Part shown: positions 38,376 through 52,573 of the stretch, in pieces | Numbering within the stretch: position 1 is the stretch's first letter | How the letters are laid out: the number at the start of each line of letters is the position of its first letter | Assembly (NCBI GenBank): GCA_951406725.2 | Contig: OX597840.1 | Span: forward strand, 13,764,001 to 13,828,000 | Source of the DNA: Octopus vulgaris | Taxonomy: Eukaryota | DNA length: 64,000 bases | Reading direction: 5' to 3' | Program-made: the position numbers and the translations under genes | Notes under the pieces: model-generated | Seen by the model: only the letters and a program-made list of their open reading frames with translations | Databases searched by the model: none | Told to the model about the DNA's origin: nothing

Positions 38376-38904
38376 TTCGCCTGTACAATATTTCCATTAA
38401 TGAGGTTGTTTTCTGTTATTATGTGTACGTTTTTATAAAGCAACAAATTTGTCCTCACATACCTTACACACCCAGTATATGTACATATATATACACATGT
38501 ATACTTTAACCTCTTAACACATTCAACATGTAACATAAAGCTGCCTCCCTCACTACAATATTCTCATTCAGTTAAGGGGACTCTTCACTTTTGTTTATGA
38601 ATCACAATAGGTAGGGGGGCTCTGAAAGGGGTCTCAGGGATTAGTGTCCCTGCCTTCTTGAGCTAGTTTTCCACCATATTTCTAAAAAGTTGTAGTAGAG
38701 GCCTAGAAACTGAGGTTGGGGGAACGAAAGGGCATGCTCCCCGTAGAAAATCCAGCTCTAAAAAAAGCCTCATAACAGCAAAGTAAAATAGGCACCAGCC
38801 AGCCCAAAGGTTGGGGTGGGCTGCACCTGCCTACCTTGGTTGCCGTGGCATTGAGGTAGATCTGGCTACTCCCGACAATGGGGACAAAACCAGGACTTAT
38901 AACA

Positions 38905-38951
<47 letters not shown>

Positions 38952-39445
38952 CCTCACCGGTGTTGGTGTCACATTAAAAGCACCCAGTACACTCTACAAA
39001 GTGATTGATATTAAGAAGGGTATCCAGCCATTGATACCCTGCCAACGCAGACACCCAGAAATTCATTGGCAATTTCCTTCCTTTGTTGTAGCTTTCTTCA
39101 CAATGAAAAGGATACTTTTGTCCTTTATTCTTCTATTGGCCATTTTCCATCATCCCAGTTTACCTTTCAATACTCTTGTCTTTTATCGTGTTAGATTATT
39201 CTCTGGAATCATTTTGGACTCCTCCCACCTCAACTCTTTTAATCTTTGACTTAGCATTTTCCCTTTTTGTTCTTTGGTTTAGCTGTCACACAACCATAAA
39301 AATATACTTTCGAATAATAACACACTTTCCACATCTCCACACCATCCTTATTCCTTTTCTTGATTTTAACACAAACACTCTCTCTTCCTCTCTGGCAGGC
39401 ACAAAAGACACTTACAAACATACACAAGCATTTTTACACAACCAC

Positions 39446-39851
39446 AGGCGCAGGAGTGACTGTGTGGTAAGTAGCTTGCTAACCAACCACATGGTTCCGG
39501 GTTCAGTTCCAGTGCGTGGCATCTTGGGCAAGTGTCTTCCGTTATAGCCCCGGGCCAACCAATGCCTTGTGAATGGATTTGGTAGAGAGAAACTGAAAGA
39601 AGCCTATCGGATATATATATATATATATGTATGTGTGTGTTTGTGTGTCTGTGTTTGTCCCCTTAGCATCGCTTGACAACCGATGCTGGTGTGTTTACGT
39701 CCCCATCATTTGGTGGTTCGGCAAAAGAGACCAATAGAATAAGTACTGGGCTTACAAAGAATAAGTCCCGGGGTCGATTTGCTCGACTAAAGGTGGTGCT
39801 CCAGCATGGCCGCAGTCAAATGACTGAAACAAGTAAAAGAGTAAAAGAGTA
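39446..39851 (+). mobile_element. SINE family A, full length
   Basis: aggcgcaggagtgactgtgtggtaag ... aagtaaaagagtaaaagagta. Confidence 0.9.
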
Positions 39852-40534
39852 ACCCATCTGACACTACACACACACACAGTCATCCTTTCCACACTAAACA
39901 ACATCAAGAAATTTATACACAGGCACACATACATACAGCCCTACCTAACACACATACTAACACCATTTTCATTCTGCTATCAAGCATACATTCTAAAAGG
40001 TGCATCTAGATATTTGCCCCCATCTTCCATTTTGACTTCCTCTCATAAAATGGAATTCTAGCCCCTGCCTTTCAGCCCCTTGCCTTATCCTTGCTTCCCA
40101 ATAAACTTTAAAAAAGGTTTAAAATTTCTTTTTGTTCTCTCTCAAAATGTTCCCCCTTCATCTTTACTCTCCAAAGAAGGACTAATGTTCAAAGCATCAA
40201 AATACCCCCATTCTCACCACAAGCAGCCCCCTTATTACTTTGTACTTACCTCAAATACTCATCTCTTTTAATTTCAATGATGAGGTCCAGTTGTCTGATC
40301 TACTAGATTAGCTGCTCATTAGATTAAAGTGCATGTGGTTGAGTATTCCACAGATTTGTGGTGCTGTTAATGTAATCTTCAGGAAGAACCAGCATGAAAC
40401 AGTGTACAACAAGGCTTCTACCTTTGAAATTATTCACTCTCATTGACTCTGTTATTTCCCTCTCTCTTTATCCTTCTTTGTTTTTCTCTCATCTTTTGTT
40501 TCATTTAACCTCTATTCAGATGAAAGCCATGTCT

Positions 40535-40780
40535 CATCATCATCATCATCATCATCATCGTTTAGCGTCTGCTTTCCATGCTAGCATGGGTTGGACGGTT
40601 CAACTGGGGTCTGGGAAGCCAGAAGGCTGCACCAGGCCCAGTCTGATCTGGCAATGTTTCTACGGCTGGATGCCCTTCCTAACGCCAACCACTCCGTGAG
40701 TGTAGTGGGTGTTTTTTTACATGCCACTGGCACAGGGGCCAGACAAGGCTGGCAAATGGCCACAATCAGATGGTGCTTTT
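40535..40780 (-). mobile_element. RTE 3' tail
   Basis: (CAT)n followed by the reverse complement of the terminal motif. Confidence 0.85.
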
Positions 40781-41017
40781 CCATAATTCACATTAGCATT
40801 TTGCTTTTATTTTTGTGTGTTCAAAAGACTTAAATGCACTAAAACTGTGCTGATTTTGGACTCCGTGGCTGACAAGAGGCATTTCATATCTAAATGTTTT
40901 TTTCTGTTAGTTATTTTCCATGTTGTCTCATATATATATATATGTAAAAATTAACACCTCCTTCTCCAAGCTTAGATTTGAAACCGAACCTAAGAATTCT
41001 TGGTCGTCCAAACCACC

Positions 41018-41317
41018 ATGATCAACAGGCTCGATAAAAGGTTTTCTTTGTCCTGTCAAAAAGTGAATGATCATCTCCTTTTGACCTACGACCTCAGCCA
41101 TGTCAGGCGAAGTCCAAATGGACAGGAGCTGACCTATTTAGGTACAAACTCTGTTGCAGTATGTCTGTCTTCTAGCTGCCACAGTTACTATAAATACGGT
41201 GGTCGTCAGACAGACCAAGGAGAAAAAGGCCCAGCAGGCAAACGAGCAATGTCTATAACATGTCAGGTTTTCAACAACCACAGAGACCCAAGAGAAATGT
41301 TCGAAGTTCCACGGTAG
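41018..41317 (+). CDS. Candidate host coding exon or small ORF (99 aa, unknown product)
   Basis: Unique, higher-complexity island; ATG in ACCACCATG context; reads MINRLDKRFSLSCQ...FNNHRDPREMFEVPR; weak donor CG|GTAGAC after 41313; AATAAA near 41475. No recognised domain. Confidence 0.3.
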   Translation: MINRLDKRFSLSCQKVNDHLLLTYDLSHVRRSPNGQELTYLGTNSVAVCLSSSCHSYYKYGGRQTDQGEKGPAGKRAMSITCQVFNNHRDPREMFEVPR

Positions 41318-41654
41318 ACTACTGATCTCAGATGAACTATGCACACAAAGATTGAGTTTTGACACATCACTTCCACAGATGTACCCTGTCTCTATTTCTA
41401 GCAACTCGTAGCAGTTGTCAACATTTTGCATGTAGTGAAGAATTATGTGTACCAACAACAAATTAAGTCCAGTGAATAAATTATTTTTAACTATGAAACG
41501 ATTCACTCATTTGTTTACTTCAGAGACATACACATTCCTTTTGCATCTGTTCACCATGATACACAGTTAACCACTACACACACACATATACATATGTATA
41601 TCCCCTTTTGGAAAGAGGTACCATAATTTTCTCTTCTTCTATTTGTAATTGTAT

Positions 41655-42046
41655 TTACTCTTTTACTTTTTACTTGTTTCAGTCATTTGACTGCAGCCAT
41701 GCTGGAGCACCATCTTTAGTCGAGCAGATCGACCCCAGGACTTATTCTTTGTAAGCCTAGTACTTATTCTATCAGTCTCTTTTGCCAAACCACTAAGTTA
41801 CGGGAACATAAACACATCAGCACCGGTTGTCAAGCGATGTTGGGGTGACAAACACAGACACACACATACATATACATATACATATATACGACAGGCTTCT
41901 TTCAGTTTCCATCTACCAAATCCACTCACAAGGCTTTGGTCGGCCCGAGGCTATAGTAGAAGACACTTGCCCAAGGTGCCACACAGTGGGACTGAACCCA
42001 GAACCATGTGGTTGGTAAGCAAGCTACTTACCACACAGCCACTCCA
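41655..42046 (-). mobile_element. SINE family A
   Basis: Family match. Confidence 0.9.
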
Positions 42047-42549
42047 TAAGATAATTAGTCAGTCAGCTAGCAATAGCATGAGAGGTCATTTCATTAATGT
42101 CCACACCAAAGTTTCCTTTATTCAGTTATTTCTCAAAATGACATCTAATTTTGTTTTGATTTGAAAAAATTTAGCCTTTCGTTAATTCATTCTGTTTTCT
42201 AAGAGAACACTTAGAAAACTCATCTTATCTTCCCAATTTAAAGTTGAAATCGTGAAGTTCATCCCTAAAACTCTCAACTGCCTGGGGCAATACATCTGAT
42301 GGCTGGCTTTTTGTTTAACTCCTTTAAAACGCTTCTTGCTGTTCATCTTCTTAAGAACCACATAAGAGACCTCTATGTGGGCAGTCAATCTGCTAGAAAT
42401 AGCAGTGACGTCCCCTCCAAACCAAACCTCCACTGTGTTAAACAAGGTACAACATATTAGGTGATGTAGTCTTAGGTACCATTAAAAAGATGGGATGGTT
42501 ATGGTTGGAGTGTCTCATAGATTTACTCGACTGAGTTTGATCTGGGCCT

Positions 42550-43205
42550 AGCAACAACAGCAACATCACCATCATCTTCTTCTTCATCATCATCAACATC
42601 ATCATCACCTTCGTCATCATCATAATCATCATCATCATTGTTATCATCACCATCCCGATCATCTGCATCATCGTCGTCATCATCATGATCATCATAATTA
42701 TCATCATCATTATCACCATTATAATCATAATCATTGTTGCCATCATCATGACCATCATCATCATCATCATCATCATCGTCATCATCATCCTCATCATTAT
42801 CAGCATCACTATCATCATCATCAGCATCATTGCAATAGTGGTATTGTCAACAATAGTAGCAATAAAAAACACCACCATCACCACCACCACCACCATCACT
42901 ACCACCACCATCACTACCACTGCCACCACCACCACCACCACCGCCGCCGCAGCCACCACCATCACCACCACCACCACCACCACTGCCACCACCACCACCA
43001 CCACCACCACCACCACCACCACCACCACCACCACCACCACTGCCACCACCACTGCCACCACCGCTGCTGCTCCTACCATTCTTGCCATTACTACAGCTGC
43101 CACTGCTGTTGCTCCAGCTGCCGCTGCCATTGCAAAATGATGACAATAATAACGAAAACTGCCATCATCATCATTATCATAATCATCATCATAATCAACA
43201 GCAAC
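42550..43205. repeat. Compound trinucleotide repeat (CAT/CAC)
   Basis: Read directly; source of the 355-aa low-complexity ORF. Confidence 0.95.
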
Positions 43206-43629
43206 AATTCGTCTTCCACTCTTTCCAAATGCTGCCCCTCTCCTCTCATGACCCTCCTCATTCAACTCTTTTACCATCGTTTTGCCTGTTGCTTGATTGT
43301 AGAACTGTGGACCTGCTCCATCCAAAAAGGGCTGTTCAGATGACCCCACACAGGGTGCCTTTATTTCCCCATTTCTCTCCTTCCTTCCCCGTCTGCTGCC
43401 ATTATCTTCCCTGCCTTTCCTCAGTGACGTAGCTACAATGTGTGCCACCTGGGGGTGGCAGCTCCTCAGCTCGCCTCTACCCCCTGCTACCCTCCCCCAC
43501 CTCAAGGCTTACAAAGGAAACCCTAAAGGGCTAACTATATTAACCCCATCTTCATCATCACCCACATCGCTCATCCTCTGCGCAGCGCCTCTCCTCCTCT
43601 TCCTCCTTCTCCCTCATCCCATCATATGT

Positions 43630-44240
43630 TGACACATACATTAATGCAGGCACACTAACAACTACACACACACACAAACCCTAGCAAATACACACACATA
43701 TATACTGATACACACATACACTGACACAGTGGCACACACACACACATGCACACACACTAACACACACACATACTGACACAAACATATATACTGATATACA
43801 CATACACTGCCACACATAATGGCACACACACACACACACACACAGATACACACACATACATGCACACACACACAGACACACATATTAGCACATACAAATA
43901 CTTTCATACATGTATAGTGACACACACATACACACACTAGTGCATACAAATACTGACATACATATACAGTGATACACACATACACTTTCACACATCATAG
44001 TGACACACTCACACACACACACTGACACATACACATGCACACACACAGACAGACACACACACACATACTGACACACACACACGCAAACACAGACACACAC
44101 ACACACTGACACATACACATGCACACACAGACAGAAACACACAGACAGACACACACACACATGTACATGTATGCACACACACACATACACACAGCAACAA
44201 CGTTACAACACACCAGTGAGTGCACACATACACACTGCTA
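43630..44240. repeat. Degenerate (CA)n tract with recurring actgacac motif
   Basis: Read directly from the sequence. Confidence 0.85.
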
Positions 44241-44540
44241 TGTTGGTGTTACTTAACACGTGATATGTTAATTAAAATACACCTCGTTTAATGAACACTT
44301 CGTTTAACAAACACTTTAGTATTGAATCTAATCAACTTTCAATCAAGATGTAGATTGTATATGCTGTGTGTGTATATGCTGTTATATGTGTGTGTGTGTG
44401 TGTGTATGTGTGTGTGTGTGTAAACGTGTGTGTATGTGCATGTGTGTGTGTGTAATGGATGTGTGTGAATATTTATATCGCAATTATTATTAGTGTGTAT
44501 GTCTTTATATGTGTATGTTGTTTTATACACACACACACAC

Positions 44541-44589
<49 letters not shown>

Positions 44590-45469
44590 AATACACATGC
44601 GCACACACATATGTACGTATATACATGTAACTGTTTTTTGTATATATTACACGTTTATACGTCTCTGGATCTGTGTATTGTATGTGTTTATATCTAAGTG
44701 TATATAGTTATATCACTGTGTATGTGTATACCTATGTATGTGTATGTGTATGGTTATAATGGATTATTTCATTATGTGTGTATATGTCTGCCTGTATGTA
44801 CATATGCATATGTGTATGTGTGGAGAAAGAGGAGAGAAAGAGATGGAGGAGAGAAAGAGGAGACAGAGAGAGAAGGAGGTGAGAGAGAGAGAGAGAAGGA
44901 GAGAGCTGGCTGAGTCCATATAAACATAGAACAGTGATCTATTTCTTAAGGAGAGCAACATTTCTAATCGCCAAATTCTCTTCTATCATCCTTGCTTAAA
45001 ATGTACCTTTGAAGAAACCTCATTACTTGACCTGCTAGAAATAGCACCCAAATCTCCTTCAAAACGCTAAACCCTACCATACATTGGATAATGTGATCCT
45101 AGTTACACTATGGCTGAATTACAGATGAAGGAGTCATGGCTGGATTTCCTTTGGATAAAGGTCTGCTCATTGAGGGCTGACCAGGAGAAAAATAATAGCA
45201 TGGTGGTTATAGCTGGAATACTTTTCTTTATACAGATCTGCTCAAAGTGACGAATTAACAGAGTCTGTAGAGCATCAGATAGAATGTTTCACAGTAATTG
45301 TTGTGATTCTTTATGTTCCGAGTTAAGATCCAGTCAAAGACAACTGTTCCTTTCAGGGTGGTGGACTATGAGAATTGTTTGAATGAAAAATAACATGAGT
45401 GGTGGAATGTTCCCAGCTCTGAACATTCATTATTCAATTGATGCCTCATGGCCACCTGAAAGAATAAAA

Positions 45470-46275
45470 GAAATGAAAGGGAGACCAAGGAAGAGATGGG
45501 TCGAAGCGCTGAAGGACAATGTAGAGGGAGACCCAGGAAGACATGGGTCAAAGTGCTGAAGGACAACCAAGAGGGGGACCCAGGAAGACATAGGTCAAAG
45601 TGCGGAAGGACAGTCAAGAGGGAGACCCTGGAAGACATAGGTCAAAGTGCTGAAGGACAGTCAAGAGGGAGACCCAGGAAGATATGGGTCAAAGTTCTGA
45701 AGGACAACCAAGAGGGAGTCCCAGGAAGACATGGGTCAAAGTGCTGAAGGACAGTCAAGATGGAGACCCTGGAAGACATAGGTCAACCAAGAGGACAACC
45801 AAGAGGGAGACCTAAGAAGAGATGGGATGAGGTACTAAAGACGATGAGGAGGGGACCCAGGAAGAGATGAGACGAAGTACTGAAAGATGACCTTAGGACA
45901 CTGAACCTTACAAAGGAGATGATAAAGGAGAAGATATCTGGTGTGTTGCTGTTCTCAAGAAGACCTGTTCTACACAACAGAAGTGTTAATGCCATGCACC
46001 CTGCTAAAGAGGATTGGCCTGCAAGAGCCCTGCACTGGTGCCATGTGAAAACACCCATGTTGGCTCCACTCCATGTAGTAGCATCCTTGCTGTTACCACA
46101 TAAAAGGCACTCAGAACACTCTGTAAAGTGGTTGGCATCAGGAAGGGCATCCAGCTGTAGAAACCAAGCCAAAAGAGACTTGAACCTGGTGCAGCGCTCC
46201 TGCTTAACCAGCTCTGGTCAGACTGACCAAATGATGCCAGCATGAAAAAACAGGCGATAAAGGAGGTGGGGATGA
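45470..46275 (+). mobile_element. RTE 3' end whose GRPRKTW segment is amplified as a 47-bp tandem repeat
   Basis: Units start at 45553, 45600 and onward (gtgctgaaggacaaccaagagggagacccaggaagacatgggtcaaa), then DEVLKDDLRTLNLTKEM and the RTE tail. Confidence 0.8.
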
Positions 46276-47051
46276 TGATGACAATGACGATTAGGATGAT
46301 GATGGTGATGATGATGGTGAAGACGATGATGGTGAAGATGATGAAGGTGATGGTGATGATGGAGATGATGATGATAATGATGGAATGATAATGATGATGA
46401 TGAAAGTGATGATGATGATGATGATGATGGAGATGATTATGATGGTGGTGGTGGTGGTGATGATGATGTGACTTTCCTCAGAAGTTGTGATTGACTAAAA
46501 GATGACGGTAACAATAATGGAAAGAACCAATCAAAACCGATTTTCCTTGGTTTAATTGAGCAATGAGTTGCGATGAGATGTGATGCCGTTAAAATTAAGG
46601 CTGATTTAGTGATATTAATTAATGAGCGAATCCATTCAGGAGATTGGTCTTAATGGTAGTATTTTCTCTTAGTTTGAAATATTATATTCCACTGTTCATG
46701 CTTCTTCCCTATTTCCATCCATCCATCCATCTTCTCTACTGGCTATTCCTGAAAGGGTCATGCGGATAGAGTCCTCAGGTAGCTTCCCTAAAGGATTTTA
46801 TCAGAAGCAATCATCATTACTCCTTTCTGCTGGATTCCCAAGAATGACCAACTAAGGCTATGAAAATCATCCAACCGCCTCACCCTTGATAAGCCTCCAG
46901 GTTGCAATTCTTTCCTGTAGCATTCTAACTGTAGAGAAAGCCATTATGATTCCAGCAGCTACCATCAAACATGACCAAAGCAGTTCTAAAGTACCACCTC
47001 CTCTACCATCCTTATATTCAGGCATAGGAGTGGTTGTGTGGTAAGTAGCTT

Positions 47052-47794
47052 GCTGATCCAGCAGTTTGATACCCCTGTAGTTATTTCTCTCTAGAGCATC
47101 ACCTTTACCCTTGTTGCAGTTGACTATGGTGCTGCTACACCAGTCATTGGGTATCACTCCATCATAAACTACCTGGTTTACAAAGCTGGTGACTAGGCCA
47201 TAGCCCACACCACCTGATGTTTTAAGCATCTCAGCAGTGATTCCTGATGGGCCAGGGGCTTTTCCTGGCTTCATACCCCTAATTGCTTTATCTATTGGGA
47301 TAGCTGGTCCCTCTACTGGTCAACATTTGGCAGGTTCCCCTCCTTCCATTCCCACTCCACGTTCAGCAGTCTTTCATAATGGCTTCTTCAAGCCTCTTTC
47401 TCATCACAATTTTCTCTCACACTGTCTTGCAATCTGGAATACTTCAATTCTTTGGTCCTCATGTCACTGGATATTGGCAAACTTCTTCTTCTTTTCTGCT
47501 TTGCCCTTGGCTATGTATACCTGCCGCCTAGTCTCCCTTTTGACTACCTGGTACAGTTCCCTGCTACCCCCACACTTCCAGGCTTTCCAGGCCTGTTTCT
47601 TTGCTCTAATGGCTTTGTCTACCACACTATTCCACCACCATGTAACTCTAGGCCCATCTTTCCACCATCTGCAGACTTGGTCTGTGGCACTCAGAAAGCT
47701 GTCCTGTAGGAATTTCCAGCTACCTTCTATGTCCGATATCTAGCTCCTCCTCCCTCTCATCAAATTTCTTGATGAGGATGTCCCTAAATCTCTC
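47052..47794 (-). pseudogene. Inverted 5' segment of an RTE LINE (linker and RT domains 0-1)
   Basis: WWWNSVVDKAIRAKKQAWKAW...MKPGKAPGPSGITAEML...KGKGDALERNNYRGIKLLDQ. Confidence 0.9.
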
Positions 47795-49383
47795 ATGGAG
47801 AGGATCATAGCCCATCTCATTTGGGAGAAAGTCTGCTTAGATGAGATGCAGTTTGGTTTTGTGCTGGGTAGAAGCACCACTGATGCCATATTCCTGGTTC
47901 GACAACTACAGGAGAAATACCTAGCTAAAGATAAACACCTCTACTTAGCTTTTGTGGACTTGGAGAAAGCCTTTGACAGGGTCCCTCGATCCCTTATCTG
48001 GTGGGCGATGTGGAAACTAGGGATTAATGAATGCTTAATAAGGCCCTATACAGAGAGGCCGTTAGTAAGGTTAGGATTGGCAATGAGTATAGTGAAGAAT
48101 TCTGGGTAGAAGTAGGGGGCCCACCAAGGTTTAGCCCTCAGTCCCCTTTTATTCATCATAGTCCTCCAGGAAATAACAGAGGAATTCAAGATGGGTTGCC
48201 CCTGGGAGCTCCTCAATGCTGATGACCTGGCCCTCATAGCAGAATCACTACCAGAAGCAGAAAAGAAATTTCGGGTGTTGAAGCAAAGTTTAGAATGTAG
48301 CAAAGACCAAAAGTAGGAAGGTGAACTCATCACAAACCCCCTCGGGTAGGTGGCCCTGCTTGATCTGTAGAAAAGGTGTAGGTAGAAACTCCATAAGATG
48401 TACCCAGTGTAAGCTATGGACACATACTTGGTACAGTAACATCAAAGTAAGATTAACCGAGAAAATAGCTTTCATGTGCGGCAGATGCACAGGGGCAATA
48501 GACACCATTGATACTCAGAAAACAGATTCCATCACACTCCATGGGGAGAAACTAGAAGTAGTTGACAGCTTCTGCTATCTAGGTGACCAAGTTAGTAGTG
48601 GGGGTGGATGCTCAGAGAGTGTTACCAATAGAATAAGAATAACCTGGGCAAAGTTTAGAAAGCTTCTACCCCTACAGGTGACAAAGGGCCTCTTACTCAG
48701 AGTGAAAGGTAGATTGTACAATGCATATGTGCAAACTGCCATGCTTCACGGCAGTGAAACATGGGTCGTGACTGCGGAGAACATGCGTGTACTTGAAAGA
48801 AATGAAGCTAGCATGATCTGCTGGATGTGTAATGTTAGTGTAAACACCCTGAGAGAAATGTTGGACATAAGAAGCATAGGATGTGGTGTGCAAGAGAGAT
48901 GTTTGCGCTGGTATGGTCATGTACTATGGATGGATGAGGAGAGATGTGTGAAGAAGTGCCACTCCCAAACAGTTGAAGGAATCCGGGATAGAGGCAGACC
49001 CAAGAAGACATGGGATAAAGTGGTCAAGCATGACCTTCGAATGTTGGGCCTCACAGGCAATGACGAAAGACCAAAACCTCTGAAGGTATGCTGTGACTGT
49101 GAAGACCCAGCAAATAAAGTGAGTTCACAGCTATATCCTACACCAGTTTTGCATAACCAGCCCCAGCCCATTCAAAAGCACCTTGGATTGTAGGGCGACC
49201 TACTGTGCTTGAGGAGACCTTTTGAGTCAATTACATCAACATCAAAATAAAAATCAAATGGAAATTGTAATTGTGATATCTGTGCCGGTGGCATGTAAAA
49301 AGCACCAACTGATTGTGGCCATTGCCAGCCTCCTCTGGCCCCTGTGCTGGTGGCACGTAAAAAGCACCTACTACACTCACGGA
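47795..49383 (+). pseudogene. RTE LINE RT, C-terminus and partial 3'UTR (frameshifted)
   Basis: QFGFVLGRSTTDAIF, FVDLEKAFDRV, LLNADDLAL, FCYLGD, MLHGSETW, LRWYGHV, GRPKKTWDKVVKHDL. Confidence 0.92.
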
Positions 49384-49514
49384 GCAAGTGTCTTCTACTA
49401 TGGCCTCAGGCTGACCAAAGCCTCATAAGTGGATTTGGCAGATGGAAACTGAAAAGAAGCCCGTCGTATATGTGTGTGTGTGTGTGTGTGAGTGTGTGTG
49501 TGTGTGTGAGTGTG

Positions 49515-49553
<39 letters not shown>

Positions 49554-49792
49554 GTGTGTGTGTGTATGTTTGTGTGTGTGTATGTTTGTGTGTCTGTTTG
49601 TCACCCCAGAATCGCTTGACAACCAATACTGGTGGGTTTAGTCCCCGTAGTTTAGCGGTTCAGCAAAAGAGACCGATAAAATATGTACTAGGCTTACAAA
49701 GAATAAGCTCTGGGGTCGAATTGCTCGACTATAAAGGCAGTGCTCCAGCATGGCCACAGTCAAATGACTGAAACAAGTAAAAGAATAAAGAA
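49384..49792 (+). mobile_element. SINE A body whose head lies at 47021-47054
   Basis: Head ggcataggagtggttgtgtggtaagtagcttgct stops at the RTE; the body resumes at gcaagtgtcttctac. Confidence 0.8.
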
Positions 49793-49910
49793 TACATATG
49801 CATATAAATTAAAATTCTGCGTCTGTTATTGATTTATATTTTTATCAATATATTCTGAATTTGATAAGAAAAATATAAATTATGTTTGAAAAGCTAATTT
49901 AGATCTTTAG

Positions 49911-50038
49911 ATTTGCAAAGAAGGTGGAGAAATCTAACGGCACAGTGGATAACAATAATGATAATAATAATAATAATAATAATAATAAAAGCAATAATAA
50001 CAATAGCAATAATAATAATGATAATAATAATAATAATG

Positions 50039-50074
<36 letters not shown>

Positions 50075-50170
50075 TTAATAATAATAATAACAATAGCAAT
50101 AATAATCATCATCATCATTGTCATCATCATCACAAAGATATGGAAGAAAAGATTTCTGTAGATGGATTAG
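49911..50170 (+). CDS. Candidate exon encoding a poly-Asn/His tract
   Basis: tctttag|A acceptor, open frame FAKKVEKSNGTVD(N)n HHHHCHHHHKDMEEKISVDGL, donor TAG|GTAGGT; could be chance within a microsatellite. Confidence 0.2.
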
Positions 50171-50439
50171 GTAGGTAATTAGGACGATGAAAATTAATGA
50201 CTGTGAAGATGGTTATGATGATTATGATGAGGATGACGACAATGCTGCTGCTAAAGATGATGTTGATGATGACCAGCATGGTGATGGTATCGATGTTGGT
50301 GATTATAACAGGGAGCGATGATGAGGACAATGATGATGTTCATCACAGTGATGACAATAACGATGGTGATGATATTGATGATGTCAATTTATAGAACAAA
50401 AAGAAAGGATTGAAAGAACAAAAGCGATAATAATAATAA

Positions 50440-50739
50440 TACTAATCATAATAATAATAATAATAATATATGTATTCATATATATGCATATATATACATA
50501 CATATATATATGTATATATATAAATACATATATATATATATATATAGATATATATATATATATATATACACATAGATACATGCATTCACACACAAGCATT
50601 TATATAGTTATGTATATCACTATATACTCATGTATGTATATGTGAGTATGTATATGTATATATATTTATACATATTTACATGTGTGTGTGTGTATACATA
50701 TATATGCAAATATCCAATGTATGTATGAATATATATATG

Positions 50740-50796
<57 letters not shown>

Positions 50797-50863
50797 GTAT
50801 GTATATATATATACATATATATATATATACATGTATATATATATATATACATATATATATATG

Positions 50864-50953
<90 letters not shown>

Positions 50954-50959
50954 CATATA

Positions 50960-51025
<66 letters not shown>

Positions 51026-51050
51026 TATATATAACTTACAGACACACACA
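50440..51050. repeat. Long (TA)n compound microsatellite
   Basis: Read directly from the sequence. Confidence 0.95.
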
Positions 51051-51660
51051 TAGAGAGGAAGACAAAGAGAGAAGAAGAAAGAGAAAGGAAGAGAGAGAGA
51101 GAGAGGAAGAAGACAAATATGGATGGGGAGAAAATCCCCAGGAATAATCACAAAAATTATTTCTTTCTTATTTGTTATTTTTTCTACTTTTTTTCTTTTT
51201 CCAATAACAAATTGAAAAATGGAATTGAATAAACTAAAAATTAAAAAAAAACAAAAAATAAATGAAATTATATAGACCTTAATAAAAAAAAAATACAGAA
51301 AAAGAAAAAGAAAAAGAAAGAAGGAAAGGAGAAAAGGAAGAAGAGAAAAGAAAAAGAATAGGAAGAAGAAGAACTGTTGGAAACTGCGAAGTTGCAGGAA
51401 CAGTTACTATAGAAACGTGTGACGTGATGCATGAATTGCAACAAGCTGTATTTGTACTTGGTACAAGTTACAGTTGCGTTATTATTGTTGTTGTTGTTGT
51501 TGTTGTTATCATAGCTGTTTTTGTTGTTTTTCTTGTTCTGGTGTTGCACAGGAATGCAATAACGCGTGCTTAATGACAAGGATGGCTCTACTTCATTAAA
51601 TACTTTGCATTCATACATTTATACATACATGCATATTGATAATTTCTACATGCTGATATG

Positions 51661-51711
<51 letters not shown>

Positions 51712-52507
51712 GTATATAGGTAGATATACCTATATATATATAGGTATATCTATCTATCTATCTATATATATATATATATATATATAGGTATATAGGTAGA
51801 TAGATACATACATAGATAAATAGATAGATAAGAATATATATATAAATATATATACATGTATCTATGTAACTATATCAGTATAACATGTGTATATATGTCT
51901 ATATATATATACTGTATGTCTATCTCTGTCTGTCGGTCAATCTGTCTCTCTCTATCTATCTACAGATCTATCAATCTGTCCTCTCTCTCCCTCCCGCTCT
52001 CTTTCTCTCTCTCTCTATATATATACACATACATACATGTGTGTGTGTGTATTTATATATATACACACACATACACACACCTACTTAGACATGTATAAGC
52101 ATAAAAATTTTTGAATATGCATATTCATCTATCTGTATATATTTATATTTAAGTGTGTATGTGCACACGCACGCACGCACACACACACAAACACACACAC
52201 ACATACATACATACATACACACATACAGATACATGTCAGTATAAATATGTTTTTATGTAAATATGTATAGTGTGTGTGTGTATCCTCCGGGATAAATATT
52301 TCCAAAATAACTTGTGTTTTTCTTTTCTATTTAGAATAAGGAAAGTCTAAACTTGGTCTGGTAAATTCTAATGATGATATTTTCGGATCATCTTTCATTA
52401 GAAGCATTATATTTTGGTTTCATCAAACTATGTAACATGCAACATGTAGATAAGATACCTAACAATGCGTGTGCATATATGTACATGTATATATCTGTGT
52501 GTGTGTG

Positions 52508-52573
<66 letters not shown>

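Noticed and set aside
43422-43465. cagtgacgtagcta, resembling a hAT-type TIR
   Set aside because: No partner TIR or target duplication located.
42438-43505. 355-aa ORF, the longest in the window
   Set aside because: Mostly the translation of (GAT)/(GGT) trinucleotide tracts; no domain.
52335-52360. Possible 26-nt micro-exon (tttag|...ctg|gtaaat)
   Set aside because: Stops in two phases and is not frame-compatible with the other candidate exons.
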